Source: Paramecium tetraurelia (Eukaryota). From it: a stretch of 64,000 nucleotides of DNA. Position 1 is the stretch's first letter. Each line of letters starts with the position of its first letter. Positions 29,454 through 42,998 of the stretch are shown in pieces. The notes beneath the pieces were generated by a model. The model saw only the letters and a list, made by a program, of their open reading frames with translations, made no database searches and had not been told where the DNA came from. A program made the position numbers and the translations under genes. Location of the stretch: NCBI GenBank assembly GCA_000165425.1, contig CT868662.1, positions 62,001 to 126,000 of the forward strand, in the 5' to 3' direction.

Positions 29454-31010
29454 TCATAATTATTCGTCATTTAGTTTAATTTTGGGCGACTCCTATTGTT
29501 TAATATAATTGATATCATAGAAGTCTTATTCCCTATCATTATCTTCATTTTCATTACAATTATCAACATTATTAGTTGTCAATCCAACTTGAGTTTCTGG
29601 TTATTACGTACATTTTTTATAATCCTAACTTAATATCAAAGCATCATTGATAGACAAGATATCATATTTAGTTGTAAGAGTGTTCATATTTCTAAAATTA
29701 AGCGTTTTCTACTGATTTTGGATACCCTCTGAAATAATATAGGATTCTCCTGAATCTGACAATCTCATAGGAACTTTGATTCCTATTGCATGAACTTTTT
29801 CTATCTCTTTCCGTCTCTTGATTGACATAATTATAAATTAAAACCGTGACATTTCATACAATAAGTTTTTATAATTTAGTTTGCAAGCCATCTAAGAATG
29901 AATTTACTTTTGGAAGGCTAAGAAACTTGGCAATTCCACTTACACACCATCAAATTTAACTGATTTTATTTTACCCCAAAAGTTTTTAATCATTTTAAAT
30001 CTTCTAATTTCAGGGTAATATTATCTCATGATGTCGTCCAAAACAGATTATCTCATCTAAGACAAATTTAAAATAGTTATCAGATATTTTACTGAAAATA
30101 AAATACTGATAATTGACCCAATTGCAGCAAATACTTCACTGATAGATGGGTACCCAATCTAGATAGTACGATATTGCTATTAAAATAATATCCAATAAAC
30201 ACCATAAGTATTTTTCAAGAAGGTCTTATCACAATACTTCTTAGTACCGAATTAAGGGTAATTTAGGGAATTTGAGATATAATTATGCTCTTCTTCATTA
30301 GATGAAAATAGAAATGCCTTATTTATCAAGTAATGGTTCAGTTAGTAATGCAACGTAATCTGAGAGCACAATTCTGCATCGGTATGAATGTAGATTGGAT
30401 AAGTTCTAAGAAATTATTAAGGCTCAAATGTGGATGGATTTATGGTAGTGAACTCTATATTCGTATACAACATGTTGCCTGATTCATTAAAGTATTACTT
30501 CTATATTTCTTCTGAGGCACATTTGTAGTCACCAATCAAATATTCATCCTTGCAGAGTGTAAAGATGATTATAAATTATTTTTCCTTCCCCATCTGAATG
30601 TTTATATCAAGTAGTTATTCATCTGTAATATTACTAATCAGAGGTTCAAAACTGCCAACATCAAGATCCATTATTAATGGCATCAAGATGATTTCATCAC
30701 TTTTAAATGGATTAATTTTAGATAATCCATCATTGTCATATGCAATTACCTACATTCTATTATTGATGAATCCGAAATCGGTATTCTCCTCAAAATTATT
30801 AATATCTTCTGTGACCTTTGGCAATAACTGGTAGCTCCACCACAAGTACATATAGTATATACAATAGATTAAACTTAATGCACCTATTATCAAGGAGATA
30901 ATCCCTCCAATAACACTAGAATGGTTATAGTTGAGTCCATCTGAGATGGCAGGAGAGTATGTTACGCTGAAAAAGTCAACATTTTTTAACTGATTTGAAA
31001 TTTTCTTCAT
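29454..31010 (-). CDS. Two-TM protein with large Cys-containing external loop (ciliate-type family), 518 aa
   Basis: Length divisible by 3 with no intron needed; TM1 SVIGGIISLIIGALSLIYCIYY; CKDEYLIGDYKCAS; TM2 YPSISEVFAAIGSIISILFSVKYLI. Confidence 0.75.
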
Positions 31011-31152
31011 TATTATTTATAATTACTAAGTTTAAGTCATTCTACGCTAAAGGAAAAGAATTGCGCATGATTTTTCACTTTAATTGTAAATACAAATATA
31101 AAAAAGGTAATTTATATTGGTTCTAAGTAAAAATTAAAACTATCATTAATCT

Positions 31153-33206
31153 TCATTATGAAAATATGTCCTTTATGATTTGAATAACGTCATTTATGCA
31201 TTACTCTCCATTCGGGATAAAATTATAAAAATTCAAAAATCCATGAGGCATGTAATCATATTTATACAATTTGCATTTCTTCCCTAAATTGCTTAAGCAT
31301 ATTCGAATAGATTACATCAATCTCCCTAATAATGTCCAGGTGTCACCATGCAAAGGGTCATTCGTTCCTGTCAAAATATAAGTCTGGGGGAATTGTTACA
31401 ACACCTCATCTATGGCTTCTCCAGGGGAAATCAAGGAATCCTTGTAATTGAGTGTTTCATCCTAGATGTAGGATTTCACACATAATTTCAAAAATGAATG
31501 AGGTAACACTAAATATTTCACAATTCAAATTACATCCATCATCTAAAGAAACAAATTGATACATATTGAAGTTCTTAGGATCAAGATTTAGTGCAGGATA
31601 GGCTAAAATTATGCCAGCAGGTAAATATACACTTTCTCGAATACATAAAGCAGTCAAGGCAGCACATAAATTACCACCTGCACTATCTCCTACTAATATT
31701 ATTTTCTTTGGTGTTATATCTATCAAAATCATTAAGATTATTACTAAAGTAATGTAAGGAAAAATGAATAATCCAAAGATAAGCTTGCCAACAGTCATCT
31801 AGAGCTGCAGGGAAGGAATATTAGGGAGATAATCGATAATCAATCGAAAATATGGGCACTCCTAAAGAGTTTGCCCATAATCTAGTATACGTTTAATGAG
31901 ATCTAGAGGACATTGAAACAAATCCCCCACCATGAATATGTATAATAATATTTTCATAAGTTGTGTTAGTTGTCTTATGAAACAACCTATCAATAAAATT
32001 GGTTCTCTATAATTGAATCAATGGATCTTAATAGTAATTCTATAAACTTGAAGATGGACTGATAGTTAATGCTTGAGAATTTAGAATTCGAACCTTAACT
32101 CTGTCCTCGCCATTCTCAATTAGCTGATAAAACGATAACAGTTTTGGACTCTTATCAATCAATGGCTAAGGCGGACTGATTATACCCATATAATGTTTCT
32201 AGTAGTATTTCACATATTCAATATTGATCTGTTTAAAGTATCTTGGAATGTAGATGCACTATTTGTATTTTATAGATGGGAATATGATTGGCATCAGATG
32301 TTTAGCCAGGCCAGTTTCACCCATATTCCAAACTGCAAATGCCAATTCCACTGTTGGTTCTGCCATTAACTAATGTGCTTTCAATAAGCCTTGTTTTCGA
32401 GCCAGCATGTAATAGATTGGCCCTAAGTTATGGATTATGCCTCTGAATATTTTGGTTTCTGTTTCAGATTTCTTTTGCATCATCGCCTAAGCTGATTGAA
32501 TGGCAGACAGTATAAATTTATAAGCATGCTCAATCTAATCTTTCTTTGCAATTTCTCTTACAATTATGCTATTTTTATATTCATATCTAATGTCTTACGA
32601 GGCGCATGCATGAGGAAAGGCCTCTAAAACACATAAGAATTTAGATAAATTGTAGTGCAATTCAATGAGAATGTGTTTTGGCTTCCTGGTGTGCTTCTTT
32701 ATGAAAAACTCTTCACAAACATGCAGGATTTTGGGTAAGAGATTGATATTTAAGATAGATAGAATTTAATAAACGTGATTTAGATTGATATCTTTTGAAT
32801 AGAGACAAAACTCTCCAATAATGTGGGAATAATCTTTACTAAGGTTTTCAATCACTGATTAAATCTACAATTATCCTATTAGACATAGCTTAGTCAGTTA
32901 AGTTGTTTTAAATGTAAACATGTCTTATAAACCAAATAGTGAAGTTAATTCTGTCGCTATTTTAATTAGCTCATTGTATTTATTATAAGCTAATTATAAT
33001 TCAATTATACTTGTTTCCATTGTCTCTTGTAACTCAATATTAAAAGTGCCTTAAATCCCTTCAAAAAGATCTTTATCATTTTGTTATTCCACTCTCAATG
33101 AGTCTCTATCATAGACAACTATCTGAGAATAAATGGTGTCATCCTATTCCTCTATCCTTTCATCATATTCTCGTATAGGACCTAAATCCTCGAAAAGAGC
33201 TTGCAT
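31153..33206 (-). CDS. Hormone-sensitive-lipase-family alpha/beta hydrolase
   Basis: IHGGGF, DYRLSP, GDSAGGNL (catalytic Ser), DPLH, PHGF. Confidence 0.92.
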
Positions 33207-33429
33207 CTAAATATTTTAATAATTTATTTTTATATAATATTTAAATATAGTAGTGTGTCATTCAAGAATTTTAGCAAACTCATAATCATAATCATATTTA
33301 CTATGATTCCATTTTTCCATATTCAAGTAATAAGGATTTTCAATTATAATTAATTAATTACACATAGATCAATACTTCTATATTATACAAGCCTAAAAGT
33401 TTCTTATCCAATAATTTTTTTTAAATATT

Positions 33430-33742
33430 ATGAATCAATAAATTGATTTCGATAACGATAACAAGCTACCCTTTAATACAAATGGATATACAGATTCAGC
33501 GGTTATGATGTGTTTTCATTGCGATCAAATAGGAGAAACTAAATTAGTTTATGAAAGGGGGATGTGGACATACCTGATGTGTATAGCAATGTAATGCATA
33601 TGTGGGTTATTTAATTGACCTATTCTAAAGCCCTTTAGGTTCGGTTGTCTTGTTTATGAATGATTGCAAAGATATCTATCATATATGTAGAAACTGCAAA
33701 GCTGTAGTTGGGATTACTGAAAAACAAATTAAATTTTAATGA
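33430..33742 (+). CDS. LITAF-like zinc-ribbon membrane-associated protein
   Basis: CFHC..hydrophobic stretch..CKDIYHICRNCKAVVG; one intron needed, exact junction uncertain. Confidence 0.8.
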
Positions 33743-33783
33743 ACTTATAGAATAATTCATTAAGCGAAAAATTAGCAAATATC

Positions 33784-35125
33784 TCAATGTCTATGAGTGA
33801 TTTCAACCGATCGAAGTTAAGGAGTCATTGTCAAGTTGGGTGTACCCATATCACCATACAAGCGACTGGCTTTGTTTTCAAACATTAACGAATCATTTTT
33901 CCTTAGTTTAGCTATTTTTATCAAAGTCACTTCATCTAATTCAGATCTGCATGCTGGACATATCCTATTCTTCTCCAACCAATTATCAAGACATTACACA
34001 TGAAAGATGTGAGTGCAATAAGTCAATCTAACTTAATCTTGCTCCTTAATTTTATCAAGACAAATCAGGCATTCATCTGTATTTGCCAAACCTGGATATT
34101 AATTTATTAATGTTTTATATAGTTGTTTAGGTAAGTACCTTTATATATCAGTTTTTGGATATAATGAGATTGTAGGAAGTATCTAGTGTTCTTCTTTCTG
34201 CCTCCTGAAAAAGTAGTAATAGCAAATGATACAACAACATAAACTTATGGATCCTCCAACAGTTGTTATAACAATTATTAATATAATTTTAGTATTCTAA
34301 ATGTTTGGTTCTTATGAATTTTCACATTCTGTTTCAAAATAAAAAATATAGTAAGAAAATTGTTAAGGACTCAATTTTTAATTATTGATATTTGATAAAC
34401 ATGACTGGACATCTGAAATTTTAATCTCTCTTTTTTCAATCATATTTTACTATAATAAATACCAATCCTCAGCATAACATGTTTGTCGATATGTGCCCAC
34501 TTGAGTAAAATTTATACTTAGAGAACAAGAATTTTAGTCACATCCTTTTATATTAAAATAGTAGAATCCATTCTTATGATATCGAGATTCATGAGTGATA
34601 TCAAGAGCAACAATACTACAATCTGCGCCAAAATATCCTTGCACACATTCGCACATTCCGTCTTTACAGATCCCTTCATTTTAGCATTACCTAAAATTTT
34701 ATATGTTTTAAATACGAGGCACATTCGGATATATCTAGTGTAGTTATTGTTATGGAGAAGTTTGATATAGATTTAGAGTAGGTTCCTATTACCTATGGGA
34801 ACTCATTAAATTATTTCATAGATAATAACTGCATTTGGTACTTTTCTACTTTGAAGCCATGTACTAGCTATATGATTTAAGTATTTCTTTTCAGGTCATA
34901 AGAATTTACATCGTAAATACAGTTTTCTTTTAGAAGAGTAATTTCTGAATCACATATCAATAGTTATGTTGAATCGAAAATTGCTTATTCTAATTTTACT
35001 ACTATTTTGTGGTTTGGTTTTGGACCTCTCTGAAATGTTTATAAAATATGTATGCCTATTTCTAAATTCAAAAAGGTTTAGGTTTATCCGAGACATTAAA
35101 GAAAAAGATGCAATAAAATAAACAT
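33784..35125 (-). CDS. Type I membrane RING-H2 E3 ligase with extracellular EGF-like domain
   Basis: Signal peptide MFILLHLFLQCLG; EGF-like C..GICKDGMCECVQGYFGADCS; TM near 34205-34290; RING-H2 CLIC..CTHIFHVQC..W..CPAC. Confidence 0.85.
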
Positions 35126-35580
35126 AAATCAATTTTAATGAATAATTCTGTTGAGATCATAAACAAGATTAAACAATTAATTTAATTTTATTTATTATAC
35201 ATAGTTGCTAGTCCCATTTCCCTATTCAACAACCACTAATCTATAAATAGATATTCATCATGACATAGAAACGTCTAAAAATATTGTTATACTTAGTAAT
35301 TCCCTTCACATGCACACACATATTGAATACTCGAATCTAATAGTACTAATTTGCCATACTCAAATGTAGAATAACTCAGCTTAGATAAATCTTTAATGCA
35401 AATTATATTTTTATCGAATTTTACCAAATCTCTAAGATTATCTCACATTTATTATTTAATTAAATTTTGAATGTGGGATTATAATTATAATTATGATTTC
35501 TATAAATTTTTAATATCATCTATCTATCCTATTAAAGTTACATCATTACCAATAATTTAAATAAATTAATTTATTAAAAA

Positions 35581-36024
35581 ATGGGAAGCCAAATCCAAAA
35601 ATCGCAAATCAATATGAAAGCACAGCTCTCTCGAAAAATTCAAAGACCTCAAGCTAAGGCAGAGTTTATAGAAGTAAGAGTTAACGATCCAGGTGCACCT
35701 ATTAACTCTTTTTTTGTGGAATCTAAGAATTCTTTAATTGAAAATACTATGTTAAACAGCCATAATCAAAATTAAGACTATGGTAATTCTTAGAATTTGG
35801 AACCAAAAAAAAATCTTCACAATTCAAACAATGATCATATACAATCAATCAAAGGAATTCTTAAAAATAAATCCAATATGTCTCAATCTTCCTCGAGATA
35901 TTTCAATGAAGAAGCCAAATTTGTGAGATTTTAATGTAGAAATACTCACTTCTCTTAATAAAGAATTAGAGATGTTGAAAAAGTTAAAAAACCTAGAAAA
36001 GGCAGAATCTCTCCTCTATTATGA
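35581..36024 (+). CDS. 147-aa low-complexity protein with GILK and RVxF-type motifs (candidate PP1 interactor)
   Basis: Intronless code-6 ORF; KGILK at 35851-35865 and KFVRF at 35917-35931. Confidence 0.75.
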
Positions 36025-36986
36025 AAACATCTTTTTATATTTTTCTGTTTATTATATTCGTTATTCATAATGCAACATTTCAGATTTGTAGGTGGGAGTA
36101 ACCTCATTTTCTTACATTTTTTTAAAATCATTAGTACAGTAGCAAACTTTCTAAGTGAGCATAAAATTTTAAATAGTAGAAAGAATTATGTCAAAATAGC
36201 ACGTAATAAATAATATATTATTCAAATAATTTTAAACTAAAGTTATACCGTCATTTTAATATCTAATCGTCATGCTTAATATATTATTTTGAAATTTTAA
36301 TTATATTAATAATTAATTATTTTTTCAATTAAAGATTTGATTGATAAATTTATAAAGACTTAGTATTTCTTATATTAAAATGAGATGAATATAATCAAGC
36401 CTATATTTGATAATATAATTATTTAAATTATTTCAGTCAAAGGATTATTAACCCAATAGTAAATTAAATAAAAATAATAAAAGTTTTAGACAAAAAGCTT
36501 AAGCTTCTTACAACTTTTAATAATTCAAACACTTGGATTAAATGAGTCAATTACATAATTTTAATTTTTTTCAGCTGCAATCTTGACAAATAATTTTTAT
36601 ATACTCATCTTATGTAATTTCAGATTTCACTAATTTAAGCGTACTCACAAAGGATATAGAACAAGGCTCAAAAATAGCATTCTTAATAATTATTATTGTC
36701 AATTTTATTTGTTTATAGTTTTATTCCATTTTTTATATTGGAAATATCCTTTGTATAATAAAGTGTAATACAATATAAAGTTATAATATTCAAATTCAAT
36801 CAATAAGCTTAATCGAATGGATTATCGTAAGTTGGTTTGGAGTCATCATCTTCTTTAAATTAGTAGTAAGTGAAATATCGATTTATGTGTTGTTATTGAT
36901 TTTAACTTATTTTGTATTTAATTAGTTTATATGGATTATATTTCCTAATATAATTATTAGATTTTATTTATTATTTTATAATAAAA

Positions 36987-39978
36987 ATGAAACCTTATGA
37001 ATTTGAGGTGGAAAATAAAAAGAAACATTCAAAGAGAAGAACTATTTATTTTGACAATAGTTGAAAGAGTATTAGCAGGACATCTACAATTAATTTCATT
37101 CGTGGATTAAGCATAGTTTTCTGAATTATTAACAAAAAGGTAAACTTAGTAAAAGGCGATTCCACCATTGCATCTTTAGATTTTAGGCAAGGTGAAACGA
37201 AATCTGATAAAAAACTAGACACCTTTGCTTGAAAAAAAAGTTCAATATGAAATAAGAACTGTTGCTTCATCATCAATTGATATGAGGAAGAATTACATTC
37301 ATTCATTTAGCAATAGATAATCAAATAACAAGGAATAATAAACCACAGAAATAGATGCATAAATGATTGGACATTTATAGCCATAATCAAATAGAAATAG
37401 TAACTTGAAATTGGATAAAACTGATAATAGCTGTTTACCCAAATATCACACCAATAGAAGCTAAAAAATGAATAATTCATCTGCTCGATACATTAGTCCA
37501 TTCCAACTCATTAGTCCTAATAGTACATAAGCAGAAAATATAAATAAAGAATTGCCATCTCTTAAGTAGTCTACTATCAATGAAAATCTGCCTATTCTTA
37601 AAAATGAGATGGCCGTAATCAATATCGTAAGTTAGGATGGAGAAATAGAATAATAATAAGACTTTATAATCAAAAATAATAATATCAATATAGAACCAAT
37701 TGTAAATCAAAATCAATAGCAATTATAAAGAATTGAGAAATAGGATAGTAATGCACAATATAGTTACTCTAGAAAATAATCATAAAATCTACCCATGGGA
37801 AGTGACTCTAGCAAGATGGATCTAAAAGAAAAACTCTAAAAATACTATAGCAATGATGAAGACTTTAGTTCTCAAAGAAAACCCAGGACTTAGAGTGATC
37901 GATTAAAGGATATCAGTTATGGAACAGATCCAAATGCCAAAGATTTAAAAATTGACAACCAACTATAAATAATTTAAAGTGCCAAAAATTTGGATAATAA
38001 TAATAAATCTCAGGTGATATCATAACAATCATAATAGGCGAAATTTTCATTCATTCCTGGTCAAACTTAGGAACTCGTATCATAATCAGAGACCTTTTCC
38101 AAAGATCAATTAAGTCCAAAGAAAAGCCTTGAAGAAATACATGCACCTGGAAATTTCCTGTCTCCTCCTTAATCAGCCAGATCTATCATTACTGCAAAGT
38201 CAACTAAAAGAAAGCTTAATACATTACAATCTAATGACTTAAAACTATTTGATTAACAAAATCCTTAGGAATAATAATAAGTGGAAATTTCAGCTTCAAA
38301 CGAAGAGTCATAAATGTCTTTATTAGAATAATCCTTACACTAAAATGAGCAAAATCATCATACACATATAAGTTCATTAAGACCAGCAACCACTCATATT
38401 GAGGCTAGCAAATAGCAAGATTATCCAGTATTTCAAACTCATGACAATTTGGACATAATGAAAAAGTCAACTTAGAAATTGTTGTAATAGTAAACTAGTA
38501 TCACATCTATTATGCACGACGAGGAGAACTTTTAGAATAATCAAACACTCATTTAGCATATTAATATTTAGGTTAATTAATGTGATCCAACTTAACCCCC
38601 CAATAATGTGATAATTGAAGAATCAATAGAAGGTTCACCTAATTGTAAAGTTTAAAATACTCGCAATCCTGCAGCCTCTTTTTCTCTTCTCAAATTGGAG
38701 GATTAAAAATAAATGCCAACTTAAACTAATCTTTAATTTAGATAGCAATCATCTTCACCTAAGAATGGATATATTCCTTCGAGTTCCTTTATTCCATCAT
38801 CCACTTTAGTTTAAGGCTCGTAGTCATAATCAAAAATGCTCATACCAATTAATAATACTTAGAATAGTATTAAACACAATAGGGTAAACAACAAATCTAG
38901 ATCCTAAATTAAGGATTTTATATAACAATAATAATAATAATAAAGATCTGATGATAGTCAACCTGAAAGTAAATTGACAATCGAGTCTTCTTAAGGAGAT
39001 AAATCAAATCGATCAAAGAAGGGTAAAAACAAAAAGTAATTGAAATTGCCTATAGCTGCAGTTGCACTAAATTTTGCTCGGAGAAAATCATCTAATTAGA
39101 TCTCACCTATGGATGTATATTATTAATTTATTTTAGCCTAAAAAGCTGGAGCAACAAGAAAAAGAGAAATAAAGATAGCTAGAATATTAGAAGTAACTTG
39201 AAAAAATGAAATATGAAAGAGAATTAATGGAACAATTCAAAATTCCAGATAATATGCCCTTAATGCAAAAAAGATCAATTATTGAATAATTAATGAAGGA
39301 GTTAGAGTTAAATCCTGACTAGGATGCTAAATATTAAATCATGTTATGTAAGATGCTATGATATTTATTTAGATAAACAAAGATAAGAATAGATTTAGAA
39401 TGCTTCAAAATTTGAATTGGCTTTTGATAATCCCCTTTCAAATTGCTATGAAGAATTATCTCATATATCTGAGCAGAAATTGAAAATATTAGGGAAAGAT
39501 AATGATCCAACGAAAGTGCAATTTTTAAAGTTTGAAGACCAAGTTCAAACTAATTTTCATAGATAATCAAAGTCTTTCACCCAAGATCTTAATTCACCTA
39601 ACAAGAAAAACCTTAAATTTTTTAGTAAATTAGATCCTGTCGAAATTGAAAATCAAATGAATAGAATAAAAGAATTTAAGTAAGAAACCGATATTTTAAA
39701 ATTCTTCTCTTCATTCAATAATCAATATGATAAAGAAGTACATTTTAATATTTTAATAGGTGAACTAATGTGACTTAGATTAGCCTACTGTAAAAGATCG
39801 ATAGTTTTCAATGGATTTTCAAAGAGGATTCTTGCCTAAAACAATTCATAGACGTAAAAGAACTAAGAAGAAAAGCACCAAGATAGTTATTAACTCTTAT
39901 AGAATGGACCCAAAGAAATTAGATTAGGTGTTGGCTTAAACCGAAAAAATAAAGCAAGTTGGTTAATTTTTATTATGA
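36987..39978 (+). CDS. Large Q/N/S-rich low-complexity protein of unknown function
   Basis: Long code-6 frame from MKPYEFEVEN.., poly-Gln encoded by TAA/CAA runs, several tiny introns, ends ..VGQFLL-TGA. Confidence 0.7.
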
Positions 39979-40080
39979 TTATATGCTTTCTCTAAATTTC
40001 TAGATTAATTTAATAAAACATTTAGCATTTTAAACACTTTAAAAACTTATAAAAAAATAATTTGTTATAATATCGTTAAT

Positions 40081-40130
40081 TGTTACTTTTAAGATATTTT
40101 AAGATAAATAATGTTACTTTTAAGATATTT
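40081..40130 (+). repeat. Short direct duplication (TGTTACTTTTAAGATATTT x2, 31-nt period)
   Basis: Copies at 40081-40099 and 40112-40130. Confidence 0.7.
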
Positions 40131-40158
40131 AATATAAAAAATGATAATTAAATAAGTT

Positions 40159-41425
40159 TCACAAAGTTTCGAATAATTTATTTAAAGAGCAATCAATTAC
40201 TCGTGAATTGATATTTTTCATTTTATTAATTGTTTTCATTTATTTGTCAAGGTCAGCATTGAATGCTTATTAAAAGTTTAATTTAGATTCAAGTTTTTTT
40301 TATTCAGTGTACAAGTCATCCAGAAAGTATTCGTAAACAGACTGTAGGGATAAATCTACAGAAATGCAACTGTCATTATCTTTTATATTGGGTTTGATTT
40401 TCTATTATCCCAATGGTTGTCTTTTTCTGTGATTTGATAAGACACTCCTTCTGGTTGATTAGGATGACTTTGATACTGTATAAGTAAGTAAAAATACCTT
40501 GTTAATTGGCATACAGAGAGCTCCCATCAATACACTTTTGCTCTCTTAAGTAATTATATAGGGCGGTATCTTTTTAGGATAGAGTTGTTTGTTCTTGGGG
40601 GTAGTATTCGACGTTTTTTAAGTGATTGAGGGTTTTGTCTTTTTTGAATTGGGCAAAGTATTATTTTTCTTTATCTCTTGAGTTAAGTTTATTGAAATTT
40701 CTTAGGGTTTACTCATCCAAAATTTGTTACATCAAATCGTTTGATTCGTTAATTAATTTGAGCTTAGAGTAACTCAGTGTTTCATGATCTTGTTAGATTG
40801 GATTCTTTGGTATAAATAGCATTTACATTTATTTGAACTTCTTTACACTACTAGAGAGTTGAATAGGTTTCTTTCCTTAGATAATATTGACGATTTCGGA
40901 TCTCTTCTATGATTGAGTGGTTTATTGTAATTATTTTTTGAGAATCTTGGTTTCGATCAATTTTTGGAGTTTCTTTAACTTTGAAGGAGCAGTCTCTTCG
41001 TTTTCTTTTTAGTTTTTGATGTAAATGGTTTTGCCTCTTTTCACTTTGGACTTCCGTTGGTTAAATGCAACTAGCTCACTCTAGCGAGTATTTTATTTGA
41101 CTTGAGATTTGAGCATCTCACATTAATCGACCTCTCCATCTAAGAATTTCTTGAACCCTTTTGGAACTGGAGATCCAAGAATGAGAGGACTATATACGAG
41201 CAAGGGATCATCGATTCTGCTCTTCTATTTGTTTAGGGGTATGGATATTTTCTTTAGAGATGTAATAGGGGAGGGTATCTGATTGAGGGTAATTTGCTAT
41301 CTTAAATTTAGTTTTGACTTAAATTATTCTGGAGTAATAGAGAACTTAGGACTGGTTTTAAAAACAACTGTTTTTTTGTGTATTGATATTGGTGATTTAG
41401 TAAAATTACTCCAAGTAGAGATCAT
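40159..41425 (-). CDS. Uncharacterised basic, S/P-rich protein
   Basis: ATG 41425 (MISTWSNFTKSP..), long code-6 frames, ends ..NKLFETL-TGA; internal introns unresolved, start uncertain. Confidence 0.55.
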
Positions 41426-41445
41426 TTTATTGTATAATAAAAATT

Positions 41446-42717
41446 ATGTTTCTTCATTAAACACTTGATTAGCCATATAGTTAAGTGGGCACTCCCTTAA
41501 GCAGAAGGAATGCAACCCCAAGTGATATGATCCAACTCAATAGTCCGTTCTCCACACATAGCAAGCATTAGAAGGATTACTTAAGAAACCGTGGAAATGT
41601 AGGGAGTAACAATTAGCAATTTCAACACAAAACCATAAAGCTTTCTTTGCCATCTCGAATTAAACCGAAATAGAAAAGATTACTGAGATAGGATGATCCG
41701 CTCGTCACATATAGTCCAATAAATTAATTGCGAAAACCACCTACAAATTTGTTTATTAAATACTTGGATGGAGAAATCAGTACCCAAGACTTGGTATCCC
41801 AATCCATTTCAGAAAATCGAATACAAGGCAATAAGGACAAGTCCAAGGCTCAAGAAAATAAAATGAAAAAGATTAAAAATGTCAAACTCAATATCTTACA
41901 AAGATTCCTATAGGATAAAATCAAAAAGAAGAATTCCAAAGCCACAATCGACATAGATTTTAATTTATCCAAAACTCATATCGAAGTTACACAAACCAGT
42001 GACACAGGAATCAAATCCTCCAACTCAGTCAAAAAACTCAAATAATTATAAATATTGTTTTTCCCAAAGGTGGAATTACAAAAATCAGAAGAACCTGTTT
42101 TCAATTACAAACAAGTATTCAATGTGGAATCGGATCAACTTCTGTAAGACATCACTGAAGAGCGGAATAGAGTCAATCAAGAGACCTTTCATCAAGTTGG
42201 AAAAGAGCTAATCATAAGGCTTCAGTCTCGTAAAAACTAAAATCTACCGTTATACATTCCCATGGAGAAGGAGGTTATCATATCAAAGGATGTTTAATTG
42301 TACAAATACTTGCATGATCATTCAAAAGAGGTCAAAGTTTCTAATTGCAAGAAGGCTGAAACAGAGAAGGTAGTATTTATGCGTTACAAGGGGACGCAAC
42401 GAAAATTTGCTACCAAAAACTGTTTAAGAAATCAAAAGACTCCGTACGATAACCCATATTAAATTGATGAACCTTATTCTCAAGAGTCTTCTTTAGAATC
42501 TGAACAACAATCCTATAACCTTTCATATTTGAGAATATAAGATTCAAAATTTTATGATTAATCCAATATCAATTCATAAACTCCTTAAAGAAGAGAAAAT
42601 CTGGCTTCAAGATAGTTTAACTATTTATAACCTATTAATAAAACTTAAAATAAATTTAAGTCTTAGAAACCATTCTAAAACCAAACTGAATCTAAAGATT
42701 TACTAAAAGAACAGTGA
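41446..42717 (+). CDS. Uncharacterised 423-aa low-complexity protein
   Basis: Code-6 frame MFLHQTLDQP.. to TGA, length divisible by 3; alternative start at 41527. Confidence 0.7.
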
Positions 42718-42998
42718 TTCTTGTTAATTAATTTATAACTTGATAAAATATATTCTTTACTTCTAATCAACATTCTATTATTTCAAATCTTATATTATTA
42801 ACTATAATTCCCCTTATCCTCGAGAGGATTGGAATACATATAAATAGGAGTGCCTATGCAACAGTTAAAATAACACTGTATCCAAAAATATCATCAAAAC
42901 AATTGGGACAATCATTCTTTATATCAAAAATTGAGAAAACTCTATTTACATTTAAGGTTTCCCAATTTTTAAATTTGATTTTTTATCATATAATATTA

